This document shows, piece by piece, positions 8,394-17,800 of a stretch of DNA of 64,000 nt (position 1 is its first letter; the number at the start of each line of letters is the position of its first letter). Below the pieces are notes generated by a model. The model was not told the DNA's origin. It was given only the letters and a program-made list of their open reading frames with translations, and did no database searches. The position numbers were made by a program, and so were the translations under genes. The DNA is from a virus (taxonomy: Duplodnaviria > Caudoviricetes): IMG/VR virus record IMGVR_UViG_3300025167_000006, positions 34,277 to 98,276 of that record; one strand, written 5' to 3'.

Positions 8394-10420
8394 GTTACTC
8401 AGCTGGGTTCTTCGGTGGCAGCCCCACCTCCCCAATGCGGTTCGCCAGCGGGGGCATAACCCGCGGTCGTATTCAGGGCGGCTCTACCGGTGGCGTCAAC
8501 TACCCCTCGCCGTTCTTCGACGTCGCGCACACGTACCTGCCGACCACGGTCAAGCAGCTATTCAAGTTTTGCCGGTACTTCTTCCTCACCAACTCGCTCA
8601 TCAACGCCATCATCATGAAGTTGAGCGAGTACCCCGTGACCGACGTGGAGATCGACCACGAGGACCCCGAGGTGGTGCGCAAGTGGAAGGACTACTTGCA
8701 GAACACCGCGCGTATTCGCCCGTTTCAGGTGGAGTGCGGCCTCGACTACAACTGCTACGGCAACACGCTGGTCTCCCTGAGCTTCCCGTTCCAGAAGTAC
8801 CTTACGTGCCCGCACTGCCAGTTCACCGAGCAGGCGCGCAAGATCCGAAACAACTGGCTCTACACCAGCAACGAGTTCCGACTCAGCTGTCCGAAGTGCG
8901 GGAGCACCGGTGCGGCCACCCCGCAGGACTGGTACTACAGGGACGCGAGCTCCATCCGTCCCATTCGTTGGAACGTTGAGGACGTAGAGATCAACTACAA
9001 CGAGCTCACGGGGGACTACACGCACTTCTACACCATCCCTGCCCCCATCCGTGCGGACATCACGTTGGGGAAGAAGGACGTGGTAGAAGGGATGCCTCAG
9101 ATCTTCTTGCAGGCCATTCGTCAGCAGAAGGGCGTGGTCTTCTCAAAGAACAACCTCTTCCATCTACGCCGCGCCACACTGGCTGGACAGGACCGTGGCT
9201 GGGGCATTCCCCTGATCCTGCCGGTGCTGAAGGACGCGTTCTACCTGCAGATCATGCGCAAGGCGCAGGAGAGCATTCTTCTCGAGCACATCGTTCCTCT
9301 GCGCGTCATCTTCCCACAGGCAGCGAGTGGAACGAGCGACCCGTTCACCTCAGTGAGCTTGGTCGACTGGCGTGACCAGGTCGCGCAAGAGATTGCTCGT
9401 TGGAGGCACGACACGAACTACATCCCGATCATGCCGCTGCCGCTTGGGTCGCAGAGCATTGGCGGTGATGGAAAAGCCATGCTGCTCAGCGGCGAGATGA
9501 TGCAGCTGGGTGAGCAGATCATTATGGGCATGGGTGTCCCGCGAGAGTTCCTCCAGGGAGGGCTGAGCTACGCGGGCACCAACATCTCCATGCGCATGCT
9601 CGAGAACATGTTCATCAGCTACACCAGCCGTCAGCTGCAGATGGTCAAGTGGATGGTGGACATGGTCGCCGGCTTCATGGAGTGGCCGCGGGTGAACATC
9701 CGGTTCAAGCCGTTCAAGATGGCCGACGACATGCAGCGGAAGGCGTACCTCTTCCAGCTGAACCAGGCCCAGAAGATCAGCGACACCACACTTCTTGGGG
9801 ACATCGACCTTCATCAGGAGGATGAGGACGAGATCATGGAGGCGGAGCTGGACCGCCGACTGCGCGTGCAGCAGAAGCAGCAGATAGCTCAAGCGCAGAT
9901 TCAAGGTGAGGCGCAGGTGGTGATGATGAAGCTGCAGGCGAAGGCGCAGCAAGCGCAGCTGCAGGCACAGCAGCAGCCTGCAGCTCCTGGAGAGCCCGGT
10001 GGTCCTCCTGTGGGACCTGGTGCTCCTCCAGCCGAGCAGACGGCGTTTACTGGTCCTACGCCTCCTCAACCAATGGCTCTTCCTCCTGGAGGAGCAGTCA
10101 GCGGCAGCGTCCCAGAGCACGCGCAGTCCCCGCTCAACAGCGGTCAAGACCTTGGCGTCTCCCCTGGTCAGCCGGAGAAGATGCCGGTGGACCTCATCAG
10201 ACTCGCCGAGGGGTACGCTCGGCAGATGCTCTCGCTTCCTCCAGCGCAGCAAGACCAGGCGGTGCGAGCGATTGAGCTGCAGTCCCCAGAGTTGGCGCAA
10301 CTGGTGACGGAGTACTTGGCGGCTTTGAAGCAGGAGCAGGGTGCTCCTGCAGCTACTCCCGTAGACATGCGACCGCTGCCTGAAGTTCGGCCGCCCCGGC
10401 GAGAGGCTGCGCTCGTCTGA
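8390..10420 (+). CDS. Probable portal protein (with Zn-ribbon insert and Q/P-rich tail)
   Basis: Portal-like pattern: DYNCYGN, FHLR...RGWGIPLI, IIMGMGVPREFL, W..VNIRF; CPHC/CPKC insert. Confidence 0.7.
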   Translation: MSYSAGFFGGSPTSPMRFASGGITRGRIQGGSTGGVNYPSPFFDVAHTYLPTTVKQLFKFCRYFFLTNSLINAIIMKLSEYPVTDVEIDHEDPEVVRKWKDYLQNTARIRPFQVECGLDYNCYGNTLVSLSFPFQKYLTCPHCQFTEQARKIRNNWLYTSNEFRLSCPKCGSTGAATPQDWYYRDASSIRPIRWNVEDVEINYNELTGDYTHFYTIPAPIRADITLGKKDVVEGMPQIFLQAIRQQKGVVFSKNNLFHLRRATLAGQDRGWGIPLILPVLKDAFYLQIMRKAQESILLEHIVPLRVIFPQAASGTSDPFTSVSLVDWRDQVAQEIARWRHDTNYIPIMPLPLGSQSIGGDGKAMLLSGEMMQLGEQIIMGMGVPREFLQGGLSYAGTNISMRMLENMFISYTSRQLQMVKWMVDMVAGFMEWPRVNIRFKPFKMADDMQRKAYLFQLNQAQKISDTTLLGDIDLHQEDEDEIMEAELDRRLRVQQKQQIAQAQIQGEAQVVMMKLQAKAQQAQLQAQQQPAAPGEPGGPPVGPGAPPAEQTAFTGPTPPQPMALPPGGAVSGSVPEHAQSPLNSGQDLGVSPGQPEKMPVDLIRLAEGYARQMLSLPPAQQDQAVRAIELQSPELAQLVTEYLAALKQEQGAPAATPVDMRPLPEVRPPRREAALV

Positions 10421-10432
10421 GTTGGGGCTAAA

Positions 10433-10457
10433 TGGGGCGCCCGGGAAGGGCGCCCCA
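10433..10457. terminator. Hairpin between convergent genes
   Basis: TGGGGCGCCC-GGGAA-GGGCGCCCCA, perfect 10-bp stem. Confidence 0.7.
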
Positions 10458-10469
10458 CGGTGTGGGACT

Positions 10470-11879
10470 TCAGCCTAGCCTCTGATTCGGGTCGCAGACC
10501 ACGACCTTACCCCAGGGGGCTGGCCTCATCGCCTGCGATGTGCGGACGATGCACCAGATGAAGGCAACTCCTGGGGGTGGGGCTGCAGGTGCTGTTCCGC
10601 AGCCGTCTGTCATGTAGATGAAGACGTTCGGCTTGGGGCGTAGCTTCAGAGCGCGCTCTATCGCCTGGCAGAAGTTGGTGCCGCCTCTTCCTAGCACAGG
10701 TAGTCGCGGTACTTGCGCTGGGGATATTCGTCTGACCGCGTGCACAACAACGTCTGCATCGATGAGCCAGAACTGGGAGATGTCAGCCTTCTTGATAGCA
10801 CCTATGATCTCCACGTTGGTGCTCTGGAGCTCCTTGTCTCCCATGGATAGCGACGTGTCTCTGATGCACACGATCTCCGGGTCTCCGTCGATCGGGCCTG
10901 ATAGAAGAACGCCTAGGAACGGTGAGGACAGTGAGGGTCGACGGACGGAGTAGTCGCGGGAGCCACGACGAATCTCTCCGACCGTCAATCGAACAACGCG
11001 CCGAAGCACCCGGCGCCAGTTGACGTCCGGCTTCTTGTAGCGGCTGTCGATCATCTCCTTGAATCTGCCAGGGTCTCTGCCGATTCCTTTTCTGGAGACC
11101 CAGTCCGCTATGGCGTCCAGCGTGTTTCGGCGGATGGACTCCACCTCAACCTCTGAGCGACCGTGCTCTTGGTCCAGCTTGCCCTCAACCTCCGGGTCTG
11201 GAGCGTTGCCACCAGCAGACCCACACCCGCCGGAGCCGATATCAGGCTTCCACTTCTTTCCAGAACCTCCCGGTGCTTTACCCTCGCCGTCTCCTTCACC
11301 ATCTCCTTTGCCTTCACCATCTTCATTGCCGCCTTCCTCACCCTCTTCACCCTCGCCTTCCTCATCGCCATCGCCAAAGAGCTTGTCCATCATCTCTCTG
11401 GTCGACCCGCCGTAGTCTTGCGCCTTCTCTGTGAGTAGGTCGTAGTACTGCTCTAGCGTGAGGTTGGGCGGGAAGTTGAACTCGGGGCAGTCGTGGTAGA
11501 TGACCCAGTGCGGCAGCTTCCAGCCTTCCTCTCGCAGAGGACCGTTGATGGCCATGTCCCCCGCTATGTTGGCCCTCTCCTTGTCGGCGAGCGCCTCCAA
11601 CCGCCAGATGCCGCGCAGAACGTGCTCAGCTTCATGTACGAGAGCACCCGCCATCACCTCCTTCTTGGAGAGCTCTGGGTCTAGGCACACTCGTTCCGGG
11701 TTGAAGTAGAGCACCAACCCCGTGGTGACACCCATCGCGTGCTTCAGCCCGGGTACTGGCACAGGCGTGAGGTTCAGTAGCGTGTCGGAGATGTACGGGG
11801 CGCACGGGTCCTTGTGGTAGTCCATGATGTACGCCCGTGCCGCGGAGATCAGGTTCAGTGCTTCTACCTCGTAGTTCAT
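10470..11879 (-). CDS. Putative metallopeptidase-vWA protein (DUF2201-like)
   Basis: HEAEH motif, acidic Gly linker, MIDAS DTSLS, GRGGTNF, YMTDG; start refined to ATG 11879, which overlaps the upstream stop (TGATG). Confidence 0.85.
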   Translation of the reverse strand: MNYEVEALNLISAARAYIMDYHKDPCAPYISDTLLNLTPVPVPGLKHAMGVTTGLVLYFNPERVCLDPELSKKEVMAGALVHEAEHVLRGIWRLEALADKERANIAGDMAINGPLREEGWKLPHWVIYHDCPEFNFPPNLTLEQYYDLLTEKAQDYGGSTREMMDKLFGDGDEEGEGEEGEEGGNEDGEGKGDGEGDGEGKAPGGSGKKWKPDIGSGGCGSAGGNAPDPEVEGKLDQEHGRSEVEVESIRRNTLDAIADWVSRKGIGRDPGRFKEMIDSRYKKPDVNWRRVLRRVVRLTVGEIRRGSRDYSVRRPSLSSPFLGVLLSGPIDGDPEIVCIRDTSLSMGDKELQSTNVEIIGAIKKADISQFWLIDADVVVHAVRRISPAQVPRLPVLGRGGTNFCQAIERALKLRPKPNVFIYMTDGCGTAPAAPPPGVAFIWCIVRTSQAMRPAPWGKVVVCDPNQRLG

Positions 11880-13162
11880 CAGTGAATGTGCTCCACTACT
11901 CTGGTGGCGTTGATCGCTGAACACACAACGTCCGCGGCGTCGATAACCGCTCGATCTTGGCAGTCCATTGGGCCGAGGCCGGCTTTGATGAGCTCTGAGA
12001 CTCTGTCCACGACGATGTCCACGTTTCCAGAGTCCATGACTCGCTTGATGAGCACCCAGCACTTGACGGCGTACTCCAGCCGCTCTGCTTCGTCTTTTCT
12101 GTTGAGTACCCAGTCGACGCAGGAGTTCATGGTGGCGCGTACGATGTCTATCCGGCGCGGTATCTTCCACGTACCACTCATGGCCTCCATCGGGCTTGGC
12201 AGGTCTACCTTGGCACAGTACGACGCCCATTCGGTGGCTAGGGCGGGACCGACCAGGCATTCGACCATGTCTATCTCCAGCTTCGGGTCCAGCCCCAAGC
12301 AGCGGATAGTGGTCACCCCAAACATCGCCCAGGACCAAGTACGGTGTGACGGCCAGGCTCCACCCGACTGAGGCTCTTCGGGATCTGGTCGGTTGTGTAG
12401 CTTGGTCTTCTTGACGGTCACCACCTTGCCGTCCTTGTCCTTCTCGTCGGACCGCACTTCATAAGACCCGCCGTTGGCGAGCATGAACTCTGCGGCTAGG
12501 TTGGCCACCGTGGGGTAAAAGTTGAACCAGTTGCCCTTCACGCGAGCTTCGCCGTTTTCGAACCGCAGGACGTCTGGTCGATACCGGCCGCACATGTACG
12601 CGCCCCACTGCTCAGGCGTCGGGTTTTGGTACGGGAAGTGGGCCATTCTGTTGGCCAGAGGAATCTCCAGCTCTTGACCGTGCGCGGCGATGTCAGCGGG
12701 GTTCATCGCCAGCACTATCCGAGTTCGGTTGGGCAGCGCGTACTCGCCCACCTGGCGCTCGTTGACGAACGATAGAAGTGCGGCTTGCACAGAGCTGGAG
12801 GCGCAGGAGACCTCGTCTAGGAATATGATGCCGCCGCGGAAGCACAGCGCATCCTTCACCTGCGGAAGCCCGCACACCACATGAACCTCTCCATCCGGGC
12901 TGGGCACGAATACGCCGGCGAAGTGTTCGGGGGACTTGGTGGACGAATAGATGGTCCACGTCGGCTGTCCGATCATCGCGCCGAGCGTCTTGATGCGCTC
13001 GGTCTTGCCGACGCCCGAGTCACCGATGAAGTTTACTGGGATCCCCCAGCGGCAGTCTTCTAGGTCAATCTTCAACGGATTGATGATGGGCGTCATCATC
13101 GCAGCCGTGAAGAACTGTTCGAACCTACCACCAATGCTTCGTTCAATCTTTGCAGCGTCCAT
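11879..13162 (-). CDS. MoxR-like AAA+ ATPase
   Basis: GDSGVGKT, IIFLDEV, LAMNP, PLANRM, PSHRTW; translationally coupled to the vWA gene. Confidence 0.85.
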   Translation of the reverse strand: MDAAKIERSIGGRFEQFFTAAMMTPIINPLKIDLEDCRWGIPVNFIGDSGVGKTERIKTLGAMIGQPTWTIYSSTKSPEHFAGVFVPSPDGEVHVVCGLPQVKDALCFRGGIIFLDEVSCASSSVQAALLSFVNERQVGEYALPNRTRIVLAMNPADIAAHGQELEIPLANRMAHFPYQNPTPEQWGAYMCGRYRPDVLRFENGEARVKGNWFNFYPTVANLAAEFMLANGGSYEVRSDEKDKDGKVVTVKKTKLHNRPDPEEPQSGGAWPSHRTWSWAMFGVTTIRCLGLDPKLEIDMVECLVGPALATEWASYCAKVDLPSPMEAMSGTWKIPRRIDIVRATMNSCVDWVLNRKDEAERLEYAVKCWVLIKRVMDSGNVDIVVDRVSELIKAGLGPMDCQDRAVIDAADVVCSAINATRVVEHIH

Positions 13163-13433
13163 GATCCTCCAAGAACTTCTTCACTTCAGGGCAGAACTTT
13201 TCTTCTAGGGCCGTGATTACGCAGTCGCATTTCAGGACTAGAAAACCTGGTTTACCGTTTAGGCTGAATGGCATGTACACACCGCCGGGTGTGTTCACAG
13301 ATCTGTTGTGGCGCTTGGCCGTGTCTATCGAGGCCAGCACGTGGGCCATCAGCTGCTCCTGGCTGAGGGAGGAGGCACCAGGCCACCGCTCCCTCAGCCG
13401 TTGAATCGCATGCTCCTTTACCCGGTTACCCAT
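13143..13433 (-). CDS. Hypothetical protein
   Basis: 96-aa ORF tiled in the - strand operon (HAIQRLRER...VITAL). Confidence 0.65.
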   Translation of the reverse strand: MGNRVKEHAIQRLRERWPGASSLSQEQLMAHVLASIDTAKRHNRSVNTPGGVYMPFSLNGKPGFLVLKCDCVITALEEKFCPEVKKFLEDHGRCKD

Positions 13434-13981
13434 GTAGATCGGGTATCTGCTGCCTCGTTGATGGCAGCGATGGCGTCGTTCTCATCCCAGTACACCGTTA
13501 CTTGATCGTTCAGCACCCACAAGCAGGAGGCGCACAGAACGTCGGGAGTTGTTCCCATTGCGACGAAGTCCGACTCTTCTCCATTGGGGCTTTGCTGCGA
13601 GAGAAGTATCCTACCCAAGTGAGCCACCGCTACGATTTCACCGATGGCCACCTGGCTCTTGCAGATGGAGCAACTGCATACGCAATAGTCGGGGACGGAG
13701 GTCGACCCCACTTCTGCATCTTCGTTGCAGGCGTGTACTTGTTCGACCTCGGATGACCAGCACTGCACCTCTAAGAAGTGCGGGTTGAACGCGTAGTCTC
13801 CGTCCGGAGTAAGAACGTCTTCTAGTTCTAGAGTGCAGTCAGACCCTTGGCCCATGACTCGCGTACGCACCACGCGGATGAGGTAGCACTCCTCACCGTA
13901 TCCAATAGAATCTCCGCATGCGCTGCAAGCGAGTGTGGACGTCCAATCGTCCTTGTTACTTGCGGTCATAGCCGCGCCCAT
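13418..13981 (-). CDS. Cys-rich hypothetical protein
   Basis: CSAC, CSIC and CASC motifs; tiled in the operon. Confidence 0.65.
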   Translation of the reverse strand: MGAAMTASNKDDWTSTLACSACGDSIGYGEECYLIRVVRTRVMGQGSDCTLELEDVLTPDGDYAFNPHFLEVQCWSSEVEQVHACNEDAEVGSTSVPDYCVCSCSICKSQVAIGEIVAVAHLGRILLSQQSPNGEESDFVAMGTTPDVLCASCLWVLNDQVTVYWDENDAIAAINEAADTRSTWVTG

Positions 13982-14592
13982 TCGACTGCTCTCCTTTCAG
14001 AGCACTTCCACCGTTGCTCAACGGTTTCTATTCGAGCGTCTGGACCTATTCCAGTGCTCGGGTCTGCATCCCACAGCAGAACATTGACTTCTTCCACGTC
14101 CCTGGTTGAGGACAGGTGAAGTCGTCGTACTGCATCTTGGGGGTTGAGCAGCCCTCCAGGTTGTTGTGCCCGAAGTAGTAGCTCTCTTTCGTACAGGTCG
14201 TCGACCATGTCGAAGGAGTCCATGCACAACCCTACCCATCCTTCTTCTTCTGCGTTGATCCCAGGGTATGTAGAATCTAGCCAGGGGCACCACGAGTTAG
14301 GCCGTGCCAAGTCGATCAGCAGCTCGAAGTCTCTCTGGTTGCAGAAGGTGACGAACCCTTTCTGGTCAATCAGCTTTATGCGAACTCCTCCGATGGCCAG
14401 CCCAGGTATTGGGGAGTAGACGGCGCACACGCGCCAGAACCGCCCAGTCTGCTTCGGGTCTTCTACGACCGCATTCAGCAGACCAAGCTGGTTCTGTAAC
14501 ACGCGCGTGCCCGGTATTACTTGTAGGAGCTCACCCTGCTGGCTTGGATTTATGAGCATGCCACTTGTCCAGCATCCACAAGGCAATCCCAT
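13966..14592 (-). CDS. Hypothetical protein
   Basis: 208-aa ORF tiled in the operon; start uncertain. Confidence 0.6.
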   Translation of the reverse strand: MGLPCGCWTSGMLINPSQQGELLQVIPGTRVLQNQLGLLNAVVEDPKQTGRFWRVCAVYSPIPGLAIGGVRIKLIDQKGFVTFCNQRDFELLIDLARPNSWCPWLDSTYPGINAEEEGWVGLCMDSFDMVDDLYERELLLRAQQPGGLLNPQDAVRRLHLSSTRDVEEVNVLLWDADPSTGIGPDARIETVEQRWKCSERRAVEWARL

Positions 14593-14632
14593 TGAAGAGA
14601 CCAGCGAGTAAACTCCACAGAAAGGTCATCTG

Positions 14633-14782
14633 CTACGGCCCCTCGTCCTCTTCATCGTCATCCTCGTCCTCTTCATCCTCCTCTTCGGAGTCGTCGTTCG
14701 GGATTGCGAAGATGTCTTCCACCGCCTCGGCCAGGCGGTTGTGGTCTTCTAGCTCCACTTTTTTCTCCTTCTTCGTGGACAT
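14633..14782 (-). CDS. Small highly acidic protein (49 aa)
   Basis: GGAG RBS then ATG 14782; MSTKKEKK...DDSEEEDEEDEDDDEEDEGP. Confidence 0.6.
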   Translation of the reverse strand: MSTKKEKKVELEDHNRLAEAVEDIFAIPNDDSEEEDEEDEDDDEEDEGP

Positions 14783-14819
14783 GTTTCTCCATGTGGGCGA
14801 TCGACGCCCCTTCAAAGTT

Positions 14820-14827
14820 CTTATCCC
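14820..14827 (-). promoter_or_regulatory. Candidate phage promoter motif GGGATAAG
   Basis: About 38 nt upstream of ATG 14782; variant of GGCATAAG. Confidence 0.4.
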
Positions 14828-14843
14828 TGGTTCCCCTATGTTC

Positions 14844-14873
14844 TTGCAGCCGCAACGGGGCATGGGGTACGCT
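14844..14873 (+). promoter_or_regulatory. Sigma70-like promoter for the RNAP gene
   Basis: TTGCAG-N18-TACGCT; same -10 hexamer as at 4883. Confidence 0.5.
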
Positions 14874-14884
14874 AGAGCGAGCGC

Positions 14885-17800
14885 ATGGCATACCTGAACA
14901 CGGTCGACGCCTACACAGATCTGAAGGCTGGCGTATTGAAGGGGATTCATGCCAACTTTCCCCTCGAGGGGAAGAAGCAATCGATCCACTTGGAGGGGCT
15001 CACCGTACGCGACGAGAAGTTCGACCCGAACGACATCGAGGCCCAACATCAGGCCCGCATGGAGGGTAAGACGTGGGCGTCTCCCGTGTTCGGTCAGCTG
15101 GTGTTGAAGGACAACCAGACCGGGAACGTCATCGACCGTCAAAGCGTCAAGCTGGCGGACATCCCGCACATGACGAAGCGGTACAGCTACATCGTCGATG
15201 GCAAGGAGATCCAAGTCGACAACCAGTGGCAGCTGAAGCCTGGTGTGTACACGCGCCGTCGTGCCAACGGTGAGCTCGAAACGCAGTTCAACTCCCCCAA
15301 CCGCGCGTTCCACATGCACTTCGACCCGGAGTCGAAGATCTTCCACATGGAACGCGGTAAGTCGGGGAAGATTCCGGTGTACCCATTGATGAAGGCAATG
15401 GGCGTCGATGACGACACGCTGGAGAAGAGCTGGGGGAAAGAGGTTCTGAAGGTAAACCAAGGGCAGCGTGCGGTCAGCACAGCCCTAGAGCGCTTCTTCA
15501 AGGCAGACAGGAAGCGCGCCCCCACTGACAAGAAGGAAGCTCTGGACTACTTCCATCAGTCGATGCGGGAGACAACGTTCGACCCGGAGTCAACGGAGAT
15601 CACGCTCGGTCATCCGCACAAGAGCTTGACGGGAGACGTGTTCACGGCCGTCACCAAGAAGATGCTCGACGTGCAGAACGGGAGCGTCCCAGAAGATGAA
15701 CGCGATGCTCTGGTGTTCAAGAGTCTGAGAACCACTGCCGACTTCGCGCATGACAAGCTCACGGCGTGGAACACGCGTAAGCAGATACTTCCCAAGGTGA
15801 ATCGAAAGATCAACACTGCCAGGAACATCAGGGAGGTCGTCAAGGGGGCGTTGTTCAACGGTGCCGTAAAGTCCACGTTCACCGCTAACGCGTTGGCTCG
15901 CACGGCAGACCAGGTGAACCCGTTGGAGATGATGGAGGGCGCCTTCCAGACAACAGTCATGGGGCCCGGTGGTATTCAGAGCGAGCGCAGCGTAAGCGAA
16001 GAGGCGAAGCTCATCAGCGAGAGCCACTTTGGCTTTCTGGACCCGATACACACCCCGGAGGGGAACAAGACGGGTGTGACGCTCCATCTCCCGCTGGGAG
16101 TTGTGAAGGAAGGGAACAAGCCGACCATTCCCGTGTTCAACATGCGGACGGGTCAGGCGGAACGCATCGATCCCGTGACGTTCTACAAGTCCAAGGTCGC
16201 ACTCCCCGACCAAGTGAAGTGGCAAGGAGGGAAGCCTGTAGCGCTATCCAAGGAGGTTCAGCTTTCAGACCGTGGGAACGCGGTCATAGCTGGCGGCCTG
16301 CATACCGCAGACTACGTGATGCGCTCGCCCAGTCAGTTGTTCAGCACGGCATCAAACCTCATTCCGTGGCTTGGCAGCAACTCCGGCAACCGTGCTAGCT
16401 ATGCCGACACGCAGATGAAGCAGGCCATCTCCTTGAAGCACAGGGAGGCACCGTTGGTTCAGACGGCTACTGGAACCAAGGCTGCTGGGCTTGATACGTT
16501 CGAGGGGTTCTTGGGGTCGCAGTCTGCGCATGTAGCGCCTGTCGGTGGTACGGTCACGACCGTCAACAAGAACCACATCTTGGTGCGCGGTGATGACGGC
16601 AAAGAGCGCAAGGTATCCCTCTACAACAACTTCCCCTTGAACGACCCAAAGGCTGTTCTGGACTCCACGGCCGTGGTGAAGGTCGGGCAGAAGGTCACCC
16701 GTGGGCAGGTTGTTGCGGACAACAACTTCACGCGGGACGGGAAGTTGGCTCTGGGTACCAACCTCCGGGTTGGTTACTTGCCGTACAAAGGACAGAACTT
16801 TGAGGACGGCGTGGTCATCAGCCGCAGCGCTGCGGAGAAGATGACCTCAGTGCACATGCACAAGCCAGAGATTCAGCTTGCCGACACTACCATCACGGAC
16901 GCTCGTCGGTTCGCGATTCATCATCCAGAGGCGTTCACGAGAGATCAGCTAGCCAAAGTTGGTGAGAACGGCATCGTGCAGGTGGGTCAAAAGGTGAAGC
17001 CTGGAGACCCCTTAGTGTTGGCGACGAAGCCGTACGACTTGAAAGGGCGGGACAGCATCGCGGCTGTGCGCAGGAGCTTGTCGACGCAGCAGTCCAACTC
17101 CAGCCTAACGTGGAAGAGCGACTTCCCTGGTGAGGTGGTGGGGGTGCATCGGGACAAGAGTGGAAACGTCCGGGTGCACGTGCGCACCGAAGAGCCGATG
17201 CAGATTGGCGACAAGCTCACAGGCCGCGCCGGCAACAAGGGGATCGTCACCAACATCCTGGAAGACCACGAGATGCCGCGCACGCAGAGCGGGCATCTTG
17301 AGGTGCTGCTCAACCCCGCTGGCATTCCTGGTCGTATGAACATGGGCCAGGTGTTCGAGACGGTGGCCTCAAAGATCGCCCGCAAGACAGGGCAGCCCTA
17401 CGTGGTTCAGAACTTCGAGCATGGGGTCGACCAGCTGGCGAGGATAAAGGCGGACCTTGCCAAGCACGGGATCCCAGACCAGGAAGAGGTTCATGACCCC
17501 ATCTCCGGAAGGAGCTTGGGGAAGGCGCTGGTTGGTGAGCAGCACCTGTTCAAGCTGAACTTTCAGGTGGACAAGAAGATCAGCGCCAGGGCTGGCAACG
17601 TGCTTGAGGGTAACGAGCCGGAGTTCTACGACAACAACCTCATCCCTGCTGGAGGTGGAAAGACGGGTGCGCAGAGCCTTGGCAACCTCGCGCTTTACTC
17701 GATGCTCTCGCACGGGGCCACGGCGAACATCAGGGAGATGCAGACGCTGAAGAGTGAGGGCCCTGACGTCCGCTATGGGGGGAAGAAGTGGGACAGTCAG

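Noticed and set aside
11880-12338. 153-aa N-terminal extension of the vWA ORF in the track
   Set aside because: It overlaps the MoxR gene out of frame; TGATG coupling at 11879 gives a better start.
14783-15460. 275-aa minus-strand ORF
   Set aside because: Mostly antisense to the RNAP gene; only the last 49 codons have an RBS and occupy free space.
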